A DNA stretch of 64,000 bases from sequence record NZ_CP154590.1. One strand, given 5' to 3'. The notes beneath the pieces were generated by a model that saw nothing but the letters and a program-made list of their open reading frames with translations, was not told where the DNA came from and ran no database searches. The first letter of the stretch is position 1; the number at the start of each line of letters is the position of its first letter. Source of the stretch: a plasmid. Of this stretch, positions 49,684 to 62,370 are shown in pieces. The position numbers and the translations under genes are program-made.

Positions 49684-51340
49684 CCTAGATTCTACGTCAG
49701 TACTTCAAAAAGCATAATCAAAGCCTTGATAAATATGCATTCCTTCGAAATTCAGCTTTCACCCATTGGGTGAAAGAAAAGTGCTCAAAAATATGTTAAA
49801 TTATCAGCTTTTATGACTCGATATATGGTAAAATAATAGTAAGAAAAGTAGTAAAAAGGGGTTCTAATTATGATTAATAAAATTGATTTCAAAGCTAAGA
49901 ATCTAACATCAAATGCAGGTCTTTTTCTGCTCCTTGAGAATGCAAAAAGCAATGGGATTTTTGATTTTATTGAAAATGACCTCGTATTTGATAATGACTC
50001 AACAAATAAAATCAAGATGAATCATATAAAGACCATGCTCTGCGGTCACTTCATTGGCATTGATAAGTTAGAACGTCTAAAGCTACTTCAAAATGATCCC
50101 CTCGTCAACGAGTTTGATATTTCCGTAAAAGAACCTGAAACAGTGTCACGGTTTCTAGGAAACTTCAACTTCAAGACAACCCAAATGTTTAGAGACATTA
50201 ATTTTAAAGTCTTTAAAAAACTGCTCACTAAAAGTAAATTGACATCCATTACGATTGATATTGATAGTAGTGTAATTAACGTAGAAGGTCATCAAGAAGG
50301 TGCGTCAAAAGGATATAATCCTAAGAAACTGGGAAACCGATGCTACAATATCCAATTTGCATTTTGCGACGAATTAAAAGCATATGTTACCGGATTTGTA
50401 AGAAGTGGCAATACTTACACTGCAAACGGTGCTGCGGAAATGATCAAAGAAATTGTTGCTAACATCAAATCAGACGATTTAGAAATTTTATTTCGAATGG
50501 ATAGTGGCTACTTTGATGAAAAAATTATCGAAACGATAGAATCTCTTGGATGCAAATATTTAATTAAAGCCAAAAGTTATTCTACACTCACCTCACAAGC
50601 AACGAATTCATCAATTGTATTCGTTAAAGGAGAAGAAGGTAGAGAAACTACAGAACTGTATACAAAATTAGTTAAATGGGAAAAAGACAGAAGATTTGTC
50701 GTATCTCGCGTACTGAAACCAGAAAAAGAAAGAGCACAATTATCACTTTTAGAAGGTTCCGAATACGACTACTTTTTCTTTGTAACAAATACTACCTTGC
50801 TTTCTGAAAAAGTAGTTATATACTATGAAAAGCGTGGTAATGCTGAAAACTATATCAAAGAAGCCAAATACGACATGGCGGTGGGTCATCTCTTGCTAAA
50901 GTCATTTTGGGCGAATGAAGCCGTGTTTCAAATGATGATGCTTTCATATAACCTATTTTTGTTGTTCAAGTTTGATTCCTTGGACTCTTCAGAATACAGA
51001 CAGCAAATAAAGACCTTTCGTTTGAAGTATGTATTTCTTGCAGCAAAAATAATCAAAACCGCAAGATATGTAATCATGAAGTTGTCGGAAAACTATCCGT
51101 ACAAGGGAGTGTATGAAAAATGTCTGGTATAATAAGAATATCATCAATAAAATTGAGTGTTGCTCTGTGGATAACTTGCAGAGTTTATTAAGTATCATTG
51201 CAGCAAAGATGAAATCAATGATTTATCAAAAATGATTGAAAGGTGGTTGTAAATAATGTTACAATGTGTGAGAAGCAGTCTAAATTCTTCGTGAAATAGT
51301 GATTTTTGAAGCTAATAAAAAACACACGTGGAATTTAGGG
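49684..51340 (+). mobile_element. ISEcp1 (IS1380 family)
   Basis: IRL CCTAGATTCTACGTCAGTAC at 49684; IRR ..ACACACGTGGAATTTAGGG ending 51340; 1657 bp. Confidence 0.9.
49870..51132 (+). CDS. tnpA: ISEcp1 transposase
   Basis: 420 aa, low GC; MINKIDFKAKNLTSNAGL N-terminus; DDE family. Confidence 0.9.
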   Translation: MINKIDFKAKNLTSNAGLFLLLENAKSNGIFDFIENDLVFDNDSTNKIKMNHIKTMLCGHFIGIDKLERLKLLQNDPLVNEFDISVKEPETVSRFLGNFNFKTTQMFRDINFKVFKKLLTKSKLTSITIDIDSSVINVEGHQEGASKGYNPKKLGNRCYNIQFAFCDELKAYVTGFVRSGNTYTANGAAEMIKEIVANIKSDDLEILFRMDSGYFDEKIIETIESLGCKYLIKAKSYSTLTSQATNSSIVFVKGEEGRETTELYTKLVKWEKDRRFVVSRVLKPEKERAQLSLLEGSEYDYFFFVTNTTLLSEKVVIYYEKRGNAENYIKEAKYDMAVGHLLLKSFWANEAVFQMMMLSYNLFLLFKFDSLDSSEYRQQIKTFRLKYVFLAAKIIKTARYVIMKLSENYPYKGVYEKCLV

Positions 51341-51363
51341 AATACTGATGTAACACGGATTGA

Positions 51364-52257
<894 letters not shown>

Positions 52258-52258
52258 C

Positions 52259-53316
52259 TGGTTTTGTTGAATAAATCGAACTTTTGCTGAGTTGAAGGAT
52301 CAGATCACGTATCTTCCCGACAACGCAGACCGTTCCGTGGCAAAGCAAAAGTTCAAAATCACCAACTGGCCCACCTACAATAAAGCCCTCATCAACCGTG
52401 GCTCCATAACTTTCTGGCTGGATGATGAAGCTATTCAGGACTGGTATGAGTCAGCAACACCTTCTTCACGAGGCAGACCTCAGCGCTATTCTGACCTTGC
52501 CATCACGACTGTGCTGGTCATTAAACGCGTATTCAGGCTGACCCTGCGCGCTGCGCAGGGCTTTATTGATTCCATTTTTTCTCTGATGAACGTTCCGCTA
52601 CGCTGCCCGGATTACAGCTGTGTCAGCAGGCGGGCAAAGTCGGTTAATATCAGTTTCAAAACGCCCACCCGGGGTGAAATCGCACACCTGGTAATTGATT
52701 CCACCGGGCTGAAGGTCTTCGGTGAAGGCGAGTGGAAAGTCAAAAAGCATGGCCAGGAACGCCGTCGTATATGGCGTAAGCTGCATCTGGCAGTTGACAG
52801 TAAAACACATGAAATCATCTGCGCTGACCTGTCGCTGAACAACGTTACGGACTCAGAGGCCTTCCCCGGGTTAATCCGGCAAACCCACCGGAAAATCAGG
52901 TCAGCCGCCGCCGATGGAGCTTACGATACCCGGCTCTGTCACGATGAACTGCGGCGTAAGAAAATCAGCGCGCTTATCCCGCCCCGAAAAGGTGCGGGTT
53001 ACTGGCCCGGTGAATATGCAGACCGTAACCGTGCAGTGGCTAATCAGCGAATGACCGGGAGTAATGCGCGGTGGAAATGGACAACAGATTACAACCGTCG
53101 CTCGATAGCGGAAACGGCGATGTACCGGGTAAAACAGCTGTTCGGGGGTTCACTGACGCTGCGTGACTACGATGGTCAGGTTGCGGAGGCTATGGCCCTG
53201 GTACGAGCGCTGAACAAAATGACGAAAGCAGGTATGCCTGAAAGCGTGCGTATTGCCTGAAAACACAACCCGCTACGGGGGAGACTTACCCGAAATCTGA
53301 TTTATTCAACAAAGCC
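52259..53316 (+). mobile_element. IS903-like element (IS5 family)
   Basis: Terminal IRs GGTTTTGTTGAATAAATC (52259) and GATTTATTCAACAAAGCC (53298-53315); 1058 bp. Confidence 0.85.
52292..53260 (+). CDS. IS903 transposase
   Basis: IS5-family DDE transposase; the ORF-track start is probably a few codons too early. Confidence 0.8.
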   Translation: MKDQITYLPDNADRSVAKQKFKITNWPTYNKALINRGSITFWLDDEAIQDWYESATPSSRGRPQRYSDLAITTVLVIKRVFRLTLRAAQGFIDSIFSLMNVPLRCPDYSCVSRRAKSVNISFKTPTRGEIAHLVIDSTGLKVFGEGEWKVKKHGQERRRIWRKLHLAVDSKTHEIICADLSLNNVTDSEAFPGLIRQTHRKIRSAAADGAYDTRLCHDELRRKKISALIPPRKGAGYWPGEYADRNRAVANQRMTGSNARWKWTTDYNRRSIAETAMYRVKQLFGGSLTLRDYDGQVAEAMALVRALNKMTKAGMPESVRIA

Positions 53317-54414
53317 ACGCGCTGGACACACCACGATGACAGCGGTTTTATCCCTTACGCCATCACCACCGGCCTTGATTACGAGGCGATGACCGAACAG
53401 CGCAAAGGCTATGAGAACTTTGTTTATCAGAACGGCGTTTACGATCTCGGCACCAAAGGTGATATGCGACGTAACGAACGTAACCTGATGTGGAACCTCG
53501 ATCCCTACATTCAAACGCACTGGCAGCTCACCTCAGCCCTGGGGCTGGACGCCGGGGCGCGCTATAGCTCGGTATGGTTTGATTCCAACGATCGTTATGT
53601 TGTAGGTAAAAATGGTGATGATAGCGGCGAAGCGAGCTATCACAAGTGGCTTCCGGCGGCAGCGCTGAAGTATGCCATGACGCCGCAGTGGAACGTTTAC
53701 CTCTCTGCCGGGAGGGGATTTGAAACGCCGACCATTAACGAGCTGTCCTATCGTCCCGATGGTCAGTCCGGGCTTAACTTTGCTCTGCAACCGGCCACTA
53801 ACACCACCGTTGAAGCAGGCAGTAAATGGCAGGTGGGCACCGGGATGGCGAGCCTGAGCGTCTTCAATACGGACACGAAAAATGAAATTGTCGTTGCCGC
53901 CAGCGACAATGGCCGTACGTCCTATCAGAACGCGGGCAAGACGCGCCGCCGCGGGGTCGAACTGGGATGGGATCAGCAATTTGCGCCCGCCTGGCGCGCC
54001 AAACTGGCGTGGACGCTGCTGGATGCGACCTACCGTGAAAACGCCGGCGATGCTATTCAGAGCGGCAATCGGATCCCGGGGATTGCACGTAATAGCGCCT
54101 ATGCCTCCTTTGGCTGGGTGCCGGAAGAGGGATGGTACGCTGGCGCTGAAGTCCGCTATATGAGCGATATTCAGGTCAACGATGCCAATAGCGAGCAGGC
54201 TCCAGCCTATACGGTGACGGCACTGAATACCGGCTATAAATATGTGCTAGATAACTGGACCGTCGACCTCTATACGCGCGTTGATAACCTGTTTGATAAG
54301 CGCTACGTCGGCTCTGTTATCGTCAACGAGAGCAACGGACGCTATTATGAACCGGCGCCGGGCCGTAACTATGGCGTTGGGCTATCGGTCAGCTATCAGT
54401 TTGATTCGCTGTAA
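53317..54414 (+). pseudogene. truncated TonB-dependent siderophore receptor gene (delta-iroN-like), 3' part
   Basis: C-terminal beta-barrel segments ending in the TonB-dependent receptor terminal SYQF; 5' end removed by IS903. Confidence 0.7.
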
Positions 54415-54486
54415 CAATACGGCTGCCGGAGAGTGCTATTGAGGTGAGGCTCCGGCAGCGGGTAAAGGCGTTGATTCCTGGTAACA

Positions 54487-55018
54487 ATAAGCTGCTTATT
54501 GATGTATCAGTAAGCATGCCGGCAGCCATTGCGCTTGATATAATACTACCCCATATGAGCAAGAGTATTTTCACGGAAAAGCTAGCAGCCAATTTCGGCC
54601 TCGCGGCCTTCCCGCTTCTCAATTGAGCATATAATTTTTCCGCAGCCAAAACCTGCTCAGGTTCAGGCTTGGTCCTTACAGACTGGTATTCAACAATCGA
54701 ACCATTCTTAGCTATTGGCGTTACATAAGCACTTACCCAATAGTGGTCGCCATTTTTACAGCGATTTTTTACTAGCCCCATCCATGAGCGGCCAGATTTT
54801 AATGTACTCCACATATGCTCAAATGCAGCAGGCGGCATATCTGGGTGTCTTACGATGTTGTGAGGCTGGCCTAATAGTTCTTCCTCAGTGAAACCACTGA
54901 TTTTAATGAAGTCAGGATTAACGTACGTGATATGGCTTTGAGGGGAGGTAGTCGAAAGAATATTGGCATCTTTTGGGAGTTCTAAGTTTCGACCCGTCAC
55001 TGGTAAATTCTGGCGCAT
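54487..55018 (-). pseudogene. mcp: Tn1721 orfI (mcp) N-terminal fragment: PAS domain plus TM1
   Basis: PAS-like N-terminus (Aer-like) and hydrophobic ILLLIWGSIISSAMAAGML; the ORF-track C-terminal 32 codons are read-through into the insert. Confidence 0.75.
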
Positions 55019-55282
55019 AAGAACCTCAAGGGTTGGCTGTTTTATTTTATTGTTTTCGGCATTAAGCCCAATTTCTTGAGCGTTACGATAAAGCTAGCAT
55101 GGAAACGATAGGTGCAAGCAAGTTAAGGGTTGCATCGCGCATGTCAATCTAGGCTATACCCTAACTTGGCGTCAGACCATCCGGCGCTAAATCGTCAGAA
55201 TAGAGTTGCCTTCCGAATTGATTGACATACGCCGTCAAGGGTCATAGATTTCTTCCTGACACATTTCCCTCAGGAGGATACC
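55019..55282. promoter_or_regulatory. res: res region / divergent promoters between mcp and tnpR (Tn1721-type)
   Basis: Position between divergent mcp and tnpR as in Tn1721; resolvase sites not individually resolved. Confidence 0.45.
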
Positions 55283-55843
55283 TTGCACGGTCAGCGCATC
55301 GGTTACGTCCGCGTCAGCAGCTTCGACCAGAACCCAGAACGGCAGCTCGAACAGATCCAGGTGGATAAAGTGTTCACCGACAAGGCGTCGGGCAAGGACA
55401 CACGGCGGCCCGAACTGGAACGGCTGCTCGCCTTCGTGCGCGAAGGCGACACGGTCGTGGTGCACAGCATGGATCGTCTGGCGCGCAACCTCGACGACCT
55501 GCGCCGCCTGGTGCAGGGCCTCACCCAGCGCGGCGTACGCATCGAGTTCCTTAAGGAGCATTTGACCTTCACCGGCGAGGACTCGCCGATGGCGAACCTG
55601 ATGCTGTCGGTAATGGGCGCGTTCGCCGAGTTCGAACGCGCCTTGATCCGCGAGCGGCAGCGCGAGGGCATCGCGCTCGCCAAGCAGCGCGGGGCCTACC
55701 GTGGCAGGAAGAAATCCCTGTCGTCTGAGCGTATTGCCGAACTGCGCCAACGTGTCGAGGCTGGCGAGCAAAAGACCAAGCTGGCTCGTGAATTCGGAAT
55801 CAGTCGCGAAACCCTGTATCAATACTTGAGAACGGATCAGTAA
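55283..55843 (+). CDS. tnpR: Tn21-subfamily (Tn1721-type) resolvase TnpR
   Basis: 186 aa serine recombinase; [11 protein letters not shown] with catalytic Ser; C-terminal HTH. Confidence 0.9.
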   Translation: MHGQRIGYVRVSSFDQNPERQLEQIQVDKVFTDKASGKDTRRPELERLLAFVREGDTVVVHSMDRLARNLDDLRRLVQGLTQRGVRIEFLKEHLTFTGEDSPMANLMLSVMGAFAEFERALIRERQREGIALAKQRGAYRGRKKSLSSERIAELRQRVEAGEQKTKLAREFGISRETLYQYLRTDQ

Positions 55844-55845
55844 AT

Positions 55846-55947
55846 ATGCCACGTCGTTCAATCCTGTCCGCCGCCGAGCGCGAAAGCCTGCTGGCGTTGC
55901 CGGACACCAAGGATGAGTTGATCCGTCACTACACGTTCAGCGAAACC
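55846..55947 (+). pseudogene. tnpA: tnpA (Tn1721-type transposase) 5' fragment truncated by IS26
   Basis: [35 protein letters not shown], then the IS26 IR begins. Confidence 0.75.
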
Positions 55948-56767
55948 GGCACTGTTGCAAAGTTAGCGATGAGGCAGCCTTTTGTCTTATTCAAAGGCCT
56001 TACATTTCAAAAACTCTGCTTACCAGGCGCATTTCGCCCAGGGGATCACCATAATAAAATGCTGAGGCCTGGCCTTTGCGTAGTGCACGCATCACCTCAA
56101 TACCTTTGATGGTGGCGTAAGCCGTCTTCATGGATTTAAATCCCAGCGTGGCGCCGATTATCCGTTTCAGTTTGCCATGATCGCATTCAATCACGTTGTT
56201 CCGGTACTTAATCTGTCGGTGTTCAACGTCAGACGGGCACCGGCCTTCGCGTTTGAGCAGAGCAAGCGCGCGACCATAGGCGGGCGCTTTATCCGTGTTG
56301 ATGAATCGCGGGATCTGCCACTTCTTCACGTTGTTGAGGATTTTACCCAGAAACCGGTATGCAGCTTTGCTGTTACGACGGGAGGAGAGATAAAAATCGA
56401 CAGTGCGGCCCCGGCTGTCGACGGCCCGGTACAGATACGCCCAGCGGCCATTGACCTTCACGTAGGTTTCATCCATGTGCCACGGGCAAAGATCGGAAGG
56501 GTTACGCCAGTACCAGCGCAGCCGTTTTTCCATTTCAGGCGCATAACGCTGAACCCAGCGGTAAATCGTGGAGTGATCGACATTCACTCCGCGTTCAGCC
56601 AGCATCTCCTGCAGCTCACGGTAACTGATGCCGTATTTGCAGTACCAGCGTACGGCCCACAGAATGATGTCACGCTGAAAATGCCGGCCTTTGAATGGGT
56701 TCATGTGCAGCTCCATCAGCAAAAGGGGATGATAAGTTTATCACCACCGACTATTTGCAACAGTGCC
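55948..56767 (-). mobile_element. IS26
   Basis: 14-bp IRs GGCACTGTTGCAAA at 55948 and its complement TTTGCAACAGTGCC at 56753-56766; about 820 bp. Confidence 0.9.
56000..56704 (-). CDS. tnp26: IS26 transposase Tnp26
   Basis: 234 aa from [25 protein letters not shown]. Confidence 0.9.
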   Translation of the reverse strand: MNPFKGRHFQRDIILWAVRWYCKYGISYRELQEMLAERGVNVDHSTIYRWVQRYAPEMEKRLRWYWRNPSDLCPWHMDETYVKVNGRWAYLYRAVDSRGRTVDFYLSSRRNSKAAYRFLGKILNNVKKWQIPRFINTDKAPAYGRALALLKREGRCPSDVEHRQIKYRNNVIECDHGKLKRIIGATLGFKSMKTAYATIKGIEVMRALRKGQASAFYYGDPLGEMRLVSRVFEM

Positions 56768-57449
56768 GCCAGGAATGCCCGGCGCGCGGATACTTCCGCT
56801 CAAGGGCGTCGGGAAGCGCAACGCCGCTGCGGCCCTCGGCCTGGTCCTTCAGCCACCATGCCCGTGCACGCGACAGCTGCTCGCGCAGGCTGGGTGCCAA
56901 GCTCTCGGGTAACATCAAGGCCCGATCCTTGGAGCCCTTGCCCTCCCGCACGATGATCGTGCCGTGATCGAAATCCAGATCCTTGACCCGCAGTTGCAAA
57001 CCCTCACTGATCCGCATGCCCGTTCCATACAGAAGCTGGGCGAACAAACGATGCTCGCCTTCCAGAAAACCGAGGATGCGAACCACTTCATCCGGGGTCA
57101 GCACCACCGGCAAGCGCCGCGACGGCCGAGGTCTTCCGATCTCCTGAAGCCAGGGCAGATCCGTGCACAGCACCTTGCCGTAGAAGAACAGCAAGGCCGC
57201 CAATGCCTGACGATGCGTGGAGACCGAAACCTTGCGCTCGTTCGCCAGCCAGGACAGAAATGCCTCGACTTCGCTGCTGCCCAAGGTTGCCGGGTGACGC
57301 ACACCGTGGAAACGGATGAAGGCACGAACCCAGTGGACATAAGCCTGTTCGGTTCGTAAACTGTAATGCAAGTAGCGTATGCGCTCACGCAACTGGTCCA
57401 GAACCTTGACCGAACGCAGCGGTGGTAACGGCGCAGTGGCGGTTTTCAT
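56768..57449 (-). pseudogene. intI1: intI1 class 1 integron integrase, 3' end truncated by IS26
   Basis: [47 protein letters not shown]...; ends at ...AGHSW against the IS26 IR. Confidence 0.85.
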
Positions 57450-57695
57450 GGCTTGTTATGACTGTTTTTTTGTACAGTCTATGCCTCGGGCATCCAAGCA
57501 GCAAGCGCGTTACGCCGTGGGTCGATGTTTGATGTTATGGAGCAGCAACGATGTTACGCAGCAGGGCAGTCGCCCTAAAACAAAGTTAGATGCACTAAGC
57601 ACATAATTGCTCACAGCCAAACTATCAGGTCAAGTCTGCTTTTATTATTTTTAAGCGTGCATAATAAGCCCTACACAAATTGGGAGTTAGACATC
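57450..57695 (+). promoter_or_regulatory. attI1: attI1 / cassette promoter region
   Basis: Between the intI1 start and the first cassette; core GTTAGGC-type site not resolved by eye. Confidence 0.4.
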
Positions 57696-58295
57696 ATGAG
57701 CAACGCAAAAACAAAGTTAGGCATCACAAAGTACAGCATCGTGACCAACAGCAACGATTCCGTCACACTGCGCCTCATGACTGAGCATGACCTTGCGATG
57801 CTCTATGAGTGGCTAAATCGATCTCATATCGTCGAGTGGTGGGGCGGAGAAGAAGCACGCCCGACACTTGCTGACGTACAGGAACAGTACTTGCCAAGCG
57901 TTTTAGCGCAAGAGTCCGTCACTCCATACATTGCAATGCTGAATGGAGAGCCGATTGGGTATGCCCAGTCGTACGTTGCTCTTGGAAGCGGGGACGGACG
58001 GTGGGAAGAAGAAACCGATCCAGGAGTACGCGGAATAGACCAGTTACTGGCGAATGCATCACAACTGGGCAAAGGCTTGGGAACCAAGCTGGTTCGAGCT
58101 CTGGTTGAGTTGCTGTTCAATGATCCCGAGGTCACCAAGATCCAAACGGACCCGTCGCCGAGCAACTTGCGAGCGATCCGATGCTACGAGAAAGCGGGGT
58201 TTGAGAGGCAAGGTACCGTAACCACCCCATATGGTCCAGCCGTGTACATGGTTCAAACACGCCAGGCATTCGAGCGAACACGCAGTGATGCCTAA
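57696..58295 (+). CDS. aac(6')-Ib-cr: aminoglycoside 6'-N-acetyltransferase AAC(6')-Ib-cr (also acetylates ciprofloxacin/norfloxacin)
   Basis: 199 aa from MSNAKTKLG; carries both cr-defining substitutions (GDGRWEE = W102R; TTPYGPAVY = D179Y). Confidence 0.9.
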   Translation: MSNAKTKLGITKYSIVTNSNDSVTLRLMTEHDLAMLYEWLNRSHIVEWWGGEEARPTLADVQEQYLPSVLAQESVTPYIAMLNGEPIGYAQSYVALGSGDGRWEEETDPGVRGIDQLLANASQLGKGLGTKLVRALVELLFNDPEVTKIQTDPSPSNLRAIRCYEKAGFERQGTVTTPYGPAVYMVQTRQAFERTRSDA

Positions 58296-58425
58296 CCCTT
58301 CCATCGAGGGGGACGTCCAAGGGCTGGCGCCCTTGGCCGCCCCTCATGTCAAACGTTGGGCGAACCCGGAGCCTCATTAATTGTTAGCCGTTAAAATTAA
58401 GCCCTTTACCAAACCAATACTTATT

Positions 58426-59256
58426 ATGAAAAACACAATACATATCAACTTCGCTATTTTTTTAATAATTGCAAATATTATCTACAGCAGCGCCAGTGCA
58501 TCAACAGATATCTCTACTGTTGCATCTCCATTATTTGAAGGAACTGAAGGTTGTTTTTTACTTTACGATGCATCCACAAACGCTGAAATTGCTCAATTCA
58601 ATAAAGCAAAGTGTGCAACGCAAATGGCACCAGATTCAACTTTCAAGATCGCATTATCACTTATGGCATTTGATGCGGAAATAATAGATCAGAAAACCAT
58701 ATTCAAATGGGATAAAACCCCCAAAGGAATGGAGATCTGGAACAGCAATCATACACCAAAGACGTGGATGCAATTTTCTGTTGTTTGGGTTTCGCAAGAA
58801 ATAACCCAAAAAATTGGATTAAATAAAATCAAGAATTATCTCAAAGATTTTGATTATGGAAATCAAGACTTCTCTGGAGATAAAGAAAGAAACAACGGAT
58901 TAACAGAAGCATGGCTCGAAAGTAGCTTAAAAATTTCACCAGAAGAACAAATTCAATTCCTGCGTAAAATTATTAATCACAATCTCCCAGTTAAAAACTC
59001 AGCCATAGAAAACACCATAGAGAACATGTATCTACAAGATCTGGATAATAGTACAAAACTGTATGGGAAAACTGGTGCAGGATTCACAGCAAATAGAACC
59101 TTACAAAACGGATGGTTTGAAGGGTTTATTATAAGCAAATCAGGACATAAATATGTTTTTGTGTCCGCACTTACAGGAAACTTGGGGTCGAATTTAACAT
59201 CAAGCATAAAAGCCAAGAAAAATGCGATCACCATTCTAAACACACTAAATTTATAA
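58426..59256 (+). CDS. blaOXA-1: OXA-1 class D beta-lactamase
   Basis: 276 aa from MKNTIHINFAIFLIIANIIYSSASA; STFK and KTG motifs. Confidence 0.9.
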   Translation: MKNTIHINFAIFLIIANIIYSSASASTDISTVASPLFEGTEGCFLLYDASTNAEIAQFNKAKCATQMAPDSTFKIALSLMAFDAEIIDQKTIFKWDKTPKGMEIWNSNHTPKTWMQFSVVWVSQEITQKIGLNKIKNYLKDFDYGNQDFSGDKERNNGLTEAWLESSLKISPEEQIQFLRKIINHNLPVKNSAIENTIENMYLQDLDNSTKLYGKTGAGFTANRTLQNGWFEGFIISKSGHKYVFVSALTGNLGSNLTSSIKAKKNAITILNTLNL

Positions 59257-59393
59257 AAAATCTAATGGCAAAATCGCCCAACCCTTCAATCAAGTCGGGA
59301 CGGCCAAAAGCAAGCTTTTGGCTCCCCTCGCTGGCGCTCGGCGCCCCTTATTTCAAACGTTAGACGGCAAAGTCACAGACCGCGGGATCTCTT

Positions 59394-60026
59394 ATGACCA
59401 ACTACTTTGATAGCCCCTTCAAAGGCAAGCTGCTTTCTGAGCAAGTGAAGAACCCCAATATCAAAGTTGGGCGGTACAGCTATTACTCTGGCTACTATCA
59501 TGGGCACTCATTCGATGACTGCGCACGGTATCTGTTTCCGGACCGTGATGACGTTGATAAGTTGATCATCGGTAGTTTCTGCTCTATCGGGAGTGGGGCT
59601 TCCTTTATCATGGCTGGCAATCAGGGGCATCGGTACGACTGGGCATCATCTTTCCCGTTCTTTTATATGCAGGAAGAACCTGCATTCTCAAGCGCACTCG
59701 ATGCCTTCCAAAAAGCAGGTAATACTGTCATTGGCAATGACGTTTGGATCGGCTCTGAGGCAATGGTCATGCCCGGAATCAAGATCGGGCACGGTGCGGT
59801 GATAGGCAGCCGCTCGTTGGTGACAAAAGATGTGGAGCCTTACGCTATCGTTGGCGGCAATCCCGCTAAGAAGATTAAGAAACGCTTCACCGATGAGGAA
59901 ATTTCATTGCTTCTGGAGATGGAGTGGTGGAATTGGTCACTGGAGAAGATCAAAGCGGCAATGCCCATGCTGTGCTCGTCTAATATTGTTGGCCTGCACA
60001 AGTATTGGCTCGAGTTTGCCGTCTAA
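59394..60026 (+). CDS. catB3: CatB3 xenobiotic-type chloramphenicol acetyltransferase (apparently full length)
   Basis: 210 aa; hexapeptide-repeat acetyltransferase; [33 protein letters not shown]. Confidence 0.85.
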   Translation: MTNYFDSPFKGKLLSEQVKNPNIKVGRYSYYSGYYHGHSFDDCARYLFPDRDDVDKLIIGSFCSIGSGASFIMAGNQGHRYDWASSFPFFYMQEEPAFSSALDAFQKAGNTVIGNDVWIGSEAMVMPGIKIGHGAVIGSRSLVTKDVEPYAIVGGNPAKKIKKRFTDEEISLLLEMEWWNWSLEKIKAAMPMLCSSNIVGLHKYWLEFAV

Positions 60027-60110
60027 CAATTCAATCAAGCCGATGCCGCTTCGCGGCACGGCTTATTTCAGGCGTTATGCAGCCAAATCCCAACAATTAA
60101 GGGTCTTAAA

Positions 60111-60563
60111 ATGGTAAAAGATTGGATTCCCATCTCTCATGATAATTACAAGCAGGTGCAAGGACCGTTCTATCATGGAACCAAAGCCAATTTGGCGATT
60201 GGTGACTTGCTAACCACAGGGTTCATCTCTCATTTCGAGGACGGTCGTATTCTTAAGCACATCTACTTTTCAGCCTTGATGGAGCCAGCAGTTTGGGGAG
60301 CTGAACTTGCTATGTCACTGTCTGGCCTCGAGGGTCGCGGCTACATATACATAGTTGAGCCAACAGGACCGTTCGAAGACGATCCGAATCTTACGAACAA
60401 AAGATTTCCCGGTAATCCAACACAGTCCTATAGAACCTGCGAACCCTTGAGAATTGTTGGCGTTGTTGAAGACTGGGAGGGGCATCCTGTTGAATTAATA
60501 AGGGGAATGTTGGATTCGTTGGAGGACTTAAAGCGCCGTGGTTTACACGTCATTGAAGACTAG
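60111..60563 (+). CDS. arr-3: ARR-3 rifampin ADP-ribosyltransferase
   Basis: 150 aa; MVKDWIPISHDNYKQVQGPFYHGTKANLAIGDLL. Confidence 0.85.
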   Translation: MVKDWIPISHDNYKQVQGPFYHGTKANLAIGDLLTTGFISHFEDGRILKHIYFSALMEPAVWGAELAMSLSGLEGRGYIYIVEPTGPFEDDPNLTNKRFPGNPTQSYRTCEPLRIVGVVEDWEGHPVELIRGMLDSLEDLKRRGLHVIED

Positions 60564-60785
60564 TCCTTTGCATAACAAAGCCATCAAACCGGACGCCAGA
60601 GATTCCGCGCCTGTTGCGCATGGCTTCGCCATTTTATGCGCAATAGGCGCGCCACCCTGTCGCCGTTTATGGCGGCGTTAGATGCACTAAGCACATAATT
60701 GCTCACAGCCAAACTATCAGGTCAAGTCTGCTTTTATTATTTTTAAGCGTGCATAATAAGCCCTACACAAATTGGGAGATATATC

Positions 60786-61133
60786 ATGAAAGGCTGGCTT
60801 TTTCTTGTTATCGCAATAGTTGGCGAAGTAATCGCAACATCCGCATTAAAATCTAGCGAGGGCTTTACTAAGCTTGCCCCTTCCGCCGTTGTCATAATCG
60901 GTTATGGCATCGCATTTTATTTTCTTTCTCTGGTTCTGAAATCCATCCCTGTCGGTGTTGCTTATGCAGTCTGGTCGGGACTCGGCGTCGTCATAATTAC
61001 AGCCATTGCCTGGTTGCTTCATGGGCAAAAGCTTGATGCGTGGGGCTTTGTAGGTATGGGGCTCATAATTGCTGCCTTTTTGCTCGCCCGATCCCCATCG
61101 TGGAAGTCGCTGCGGAGGCCGACGCCATGGTGA
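60786..61133 (+). CDS. qacEdelta1: QacEdelta1 SMR efflux protein (3'-CS)
   Basis: 115 aa; [22 protein letters not shown]. Confidence 0.9.
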   Translation: MKGWLFLVIAIVGEVIATSALKSSEGFTKLAPSAVVIIGYGIAFYFLSLVLKSIPVGVAYAVWSGLGVVIITAIAWLLHGQKLDAWGFVGMGLIIAAFLLARSPSWKSLRRPTPW

Positions 61134-61966
61134 CGGTGTTCGGCATTCTGAATCTCACCGAGGACTCCTTCTTCGATGAGAGCCGGCGGCTAGACCCCGC
61201 CGGCGCTGTCACCGCGGCGATCGAAATGCTGCGAGTCGGATCAGACGTCGTGGATGTCGGACCGGCCGCCAGCCATCCGGACGCGAGGCCTGTATCGCCG
61301 GCCGATGAGATCAGACGTATTGCGCCGCTCTTAGACGCCCTGTCCGATCAGATGCACCGTGTTTCAATCGACAGCTTCCAACCGGAAACCCAGCGCTATG
61401 CGCTCAAGCGCGGCGTGGGCTACCTGAACGATATCCAAGGATTTCCTGACCCTGCGCTCTATCCCGATATTGCTGAGGCGGACTGCAGGCTGGTGGTTAT
61501 GCACTCAGCGCAGCGGGATGGCATCGCCACCCGCACCGGTCACCTTCGACCCGAAGACGCGCTCGACGAGATTGTGCGGTTCTTCGAGGCGCGGGTTTCC
61601 GCCTTGCGACGGAGCGGGGTCGCTGCCGACCGGCTCATCCTCGATCCGGGGATGGGATTTTTCTTGAGCCCCGCACCGGAAACATCGCTGCACGTGCTGT
61701 CGAACCTTCAAAAGCTGAAGTCGGCGTTGGGGCTTCCGCTATTGGTCTCGGTGTCGCGGAAATCCTTCTTGGGCGCCACCGTTGGCCTTCCTGTAAAGGA
61801 TCTGGGTCCAGCGAGCCTTGCGGCGGAACTTCACGCGATCGGCAATGGCGCTGACTACGTCCGCACCCACGCGCCTGGAGATCTGCGAAGCGCAATCACC
61901 TTCTCGGAAACCCTCGCGAAATTTCGCAGTCGCGACGCCAGAGACCGAGGGTTAGATCATGCCTAG
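61127..61966 (+). CDS. sul1: Sul1 sulfonamide-resistant dihydropteroate synthase
   Basis: 279 aa from [21 protein letters not shown]; start overlaps the qacEdelta1 end. Confidence 0.9.
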   Translation: MVTVFGILNLTEDSFFDESRRLDPAGAVTAAIEMLRVGSDVVDVGPAASHPDARPVSPADEIRRIAPLLDALSDQMHRVSIDSFQPETQRYALKRGVGYLNDIQGFPDPALYPDIAEADCRLVVMHSAQRDGIATRTGHLRPEDALDEIVRFFEARVSALRRSGVAADRLILDPGMGFFLSPAPETSLHVLSNLQKLKSALGLPLLVSVSRKSFLGATVGLPVKDLGPASLAAELHAIGNGADYVRTHAPGDLRSAITFSETLAKFRSRDARDRGLDHA

Positions 61967-62370
61967 CATTCACCTTCCGGCCGCCCGCTAAATATCTCCT
62001 TTTGGGTTGTTAATAAAACATCCAATAAGTTGACTGTGCGTGAAAAAGAAAGTTTTGTGTGATGGCGTTGAAGATCGCACCGTTAAGCTCTTATGTGGGA
62101 TGGTGCAGAGCTCGACGACTACCGATAAAACGCAACCGCCGCAAACAGACAAGAAAAAGCCCCAACTGATAACAGTTGGGGCTTCAGTATTGTGATTGGT
62201 GGAGCAATAGCACCCTGAACCCAAAACCTTCTCGCTCAACCGGTAGTGGCTGATAACAACTCGTGAGGGCTATTGCGGGTTAAGCATTTAGCGATGTCTA
62301 GGGCCAGACTGGACGTCTGAACGCAAGCCGCTGATACTGTACATAACCACAGTATCAGCGGAGGATACCC

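Noticed and set aside
54389-54486. C-terminal 32 codons of the ORF-track mcp N-terminal fragment (NAFTRCRS...TANQTDS)
   Set aside because: These are read-through into the ISEcp1-mobilised insert (end of the iroN remnant), not part of the original mcp.
56177-56956. 259-aa plus-strand ORF across IS26 and intI1
   Set aside because: Antisense to IS26 tnp and intI1, both clearly identified; spurious.
61040-61126. Upstream extension of sul1 in the ORF track
   Set aside because: The sul1 product starts at [10 protein letters not shown] (61127); the upstream part overlaps the qacEdelta1 C-terminus in another frame.
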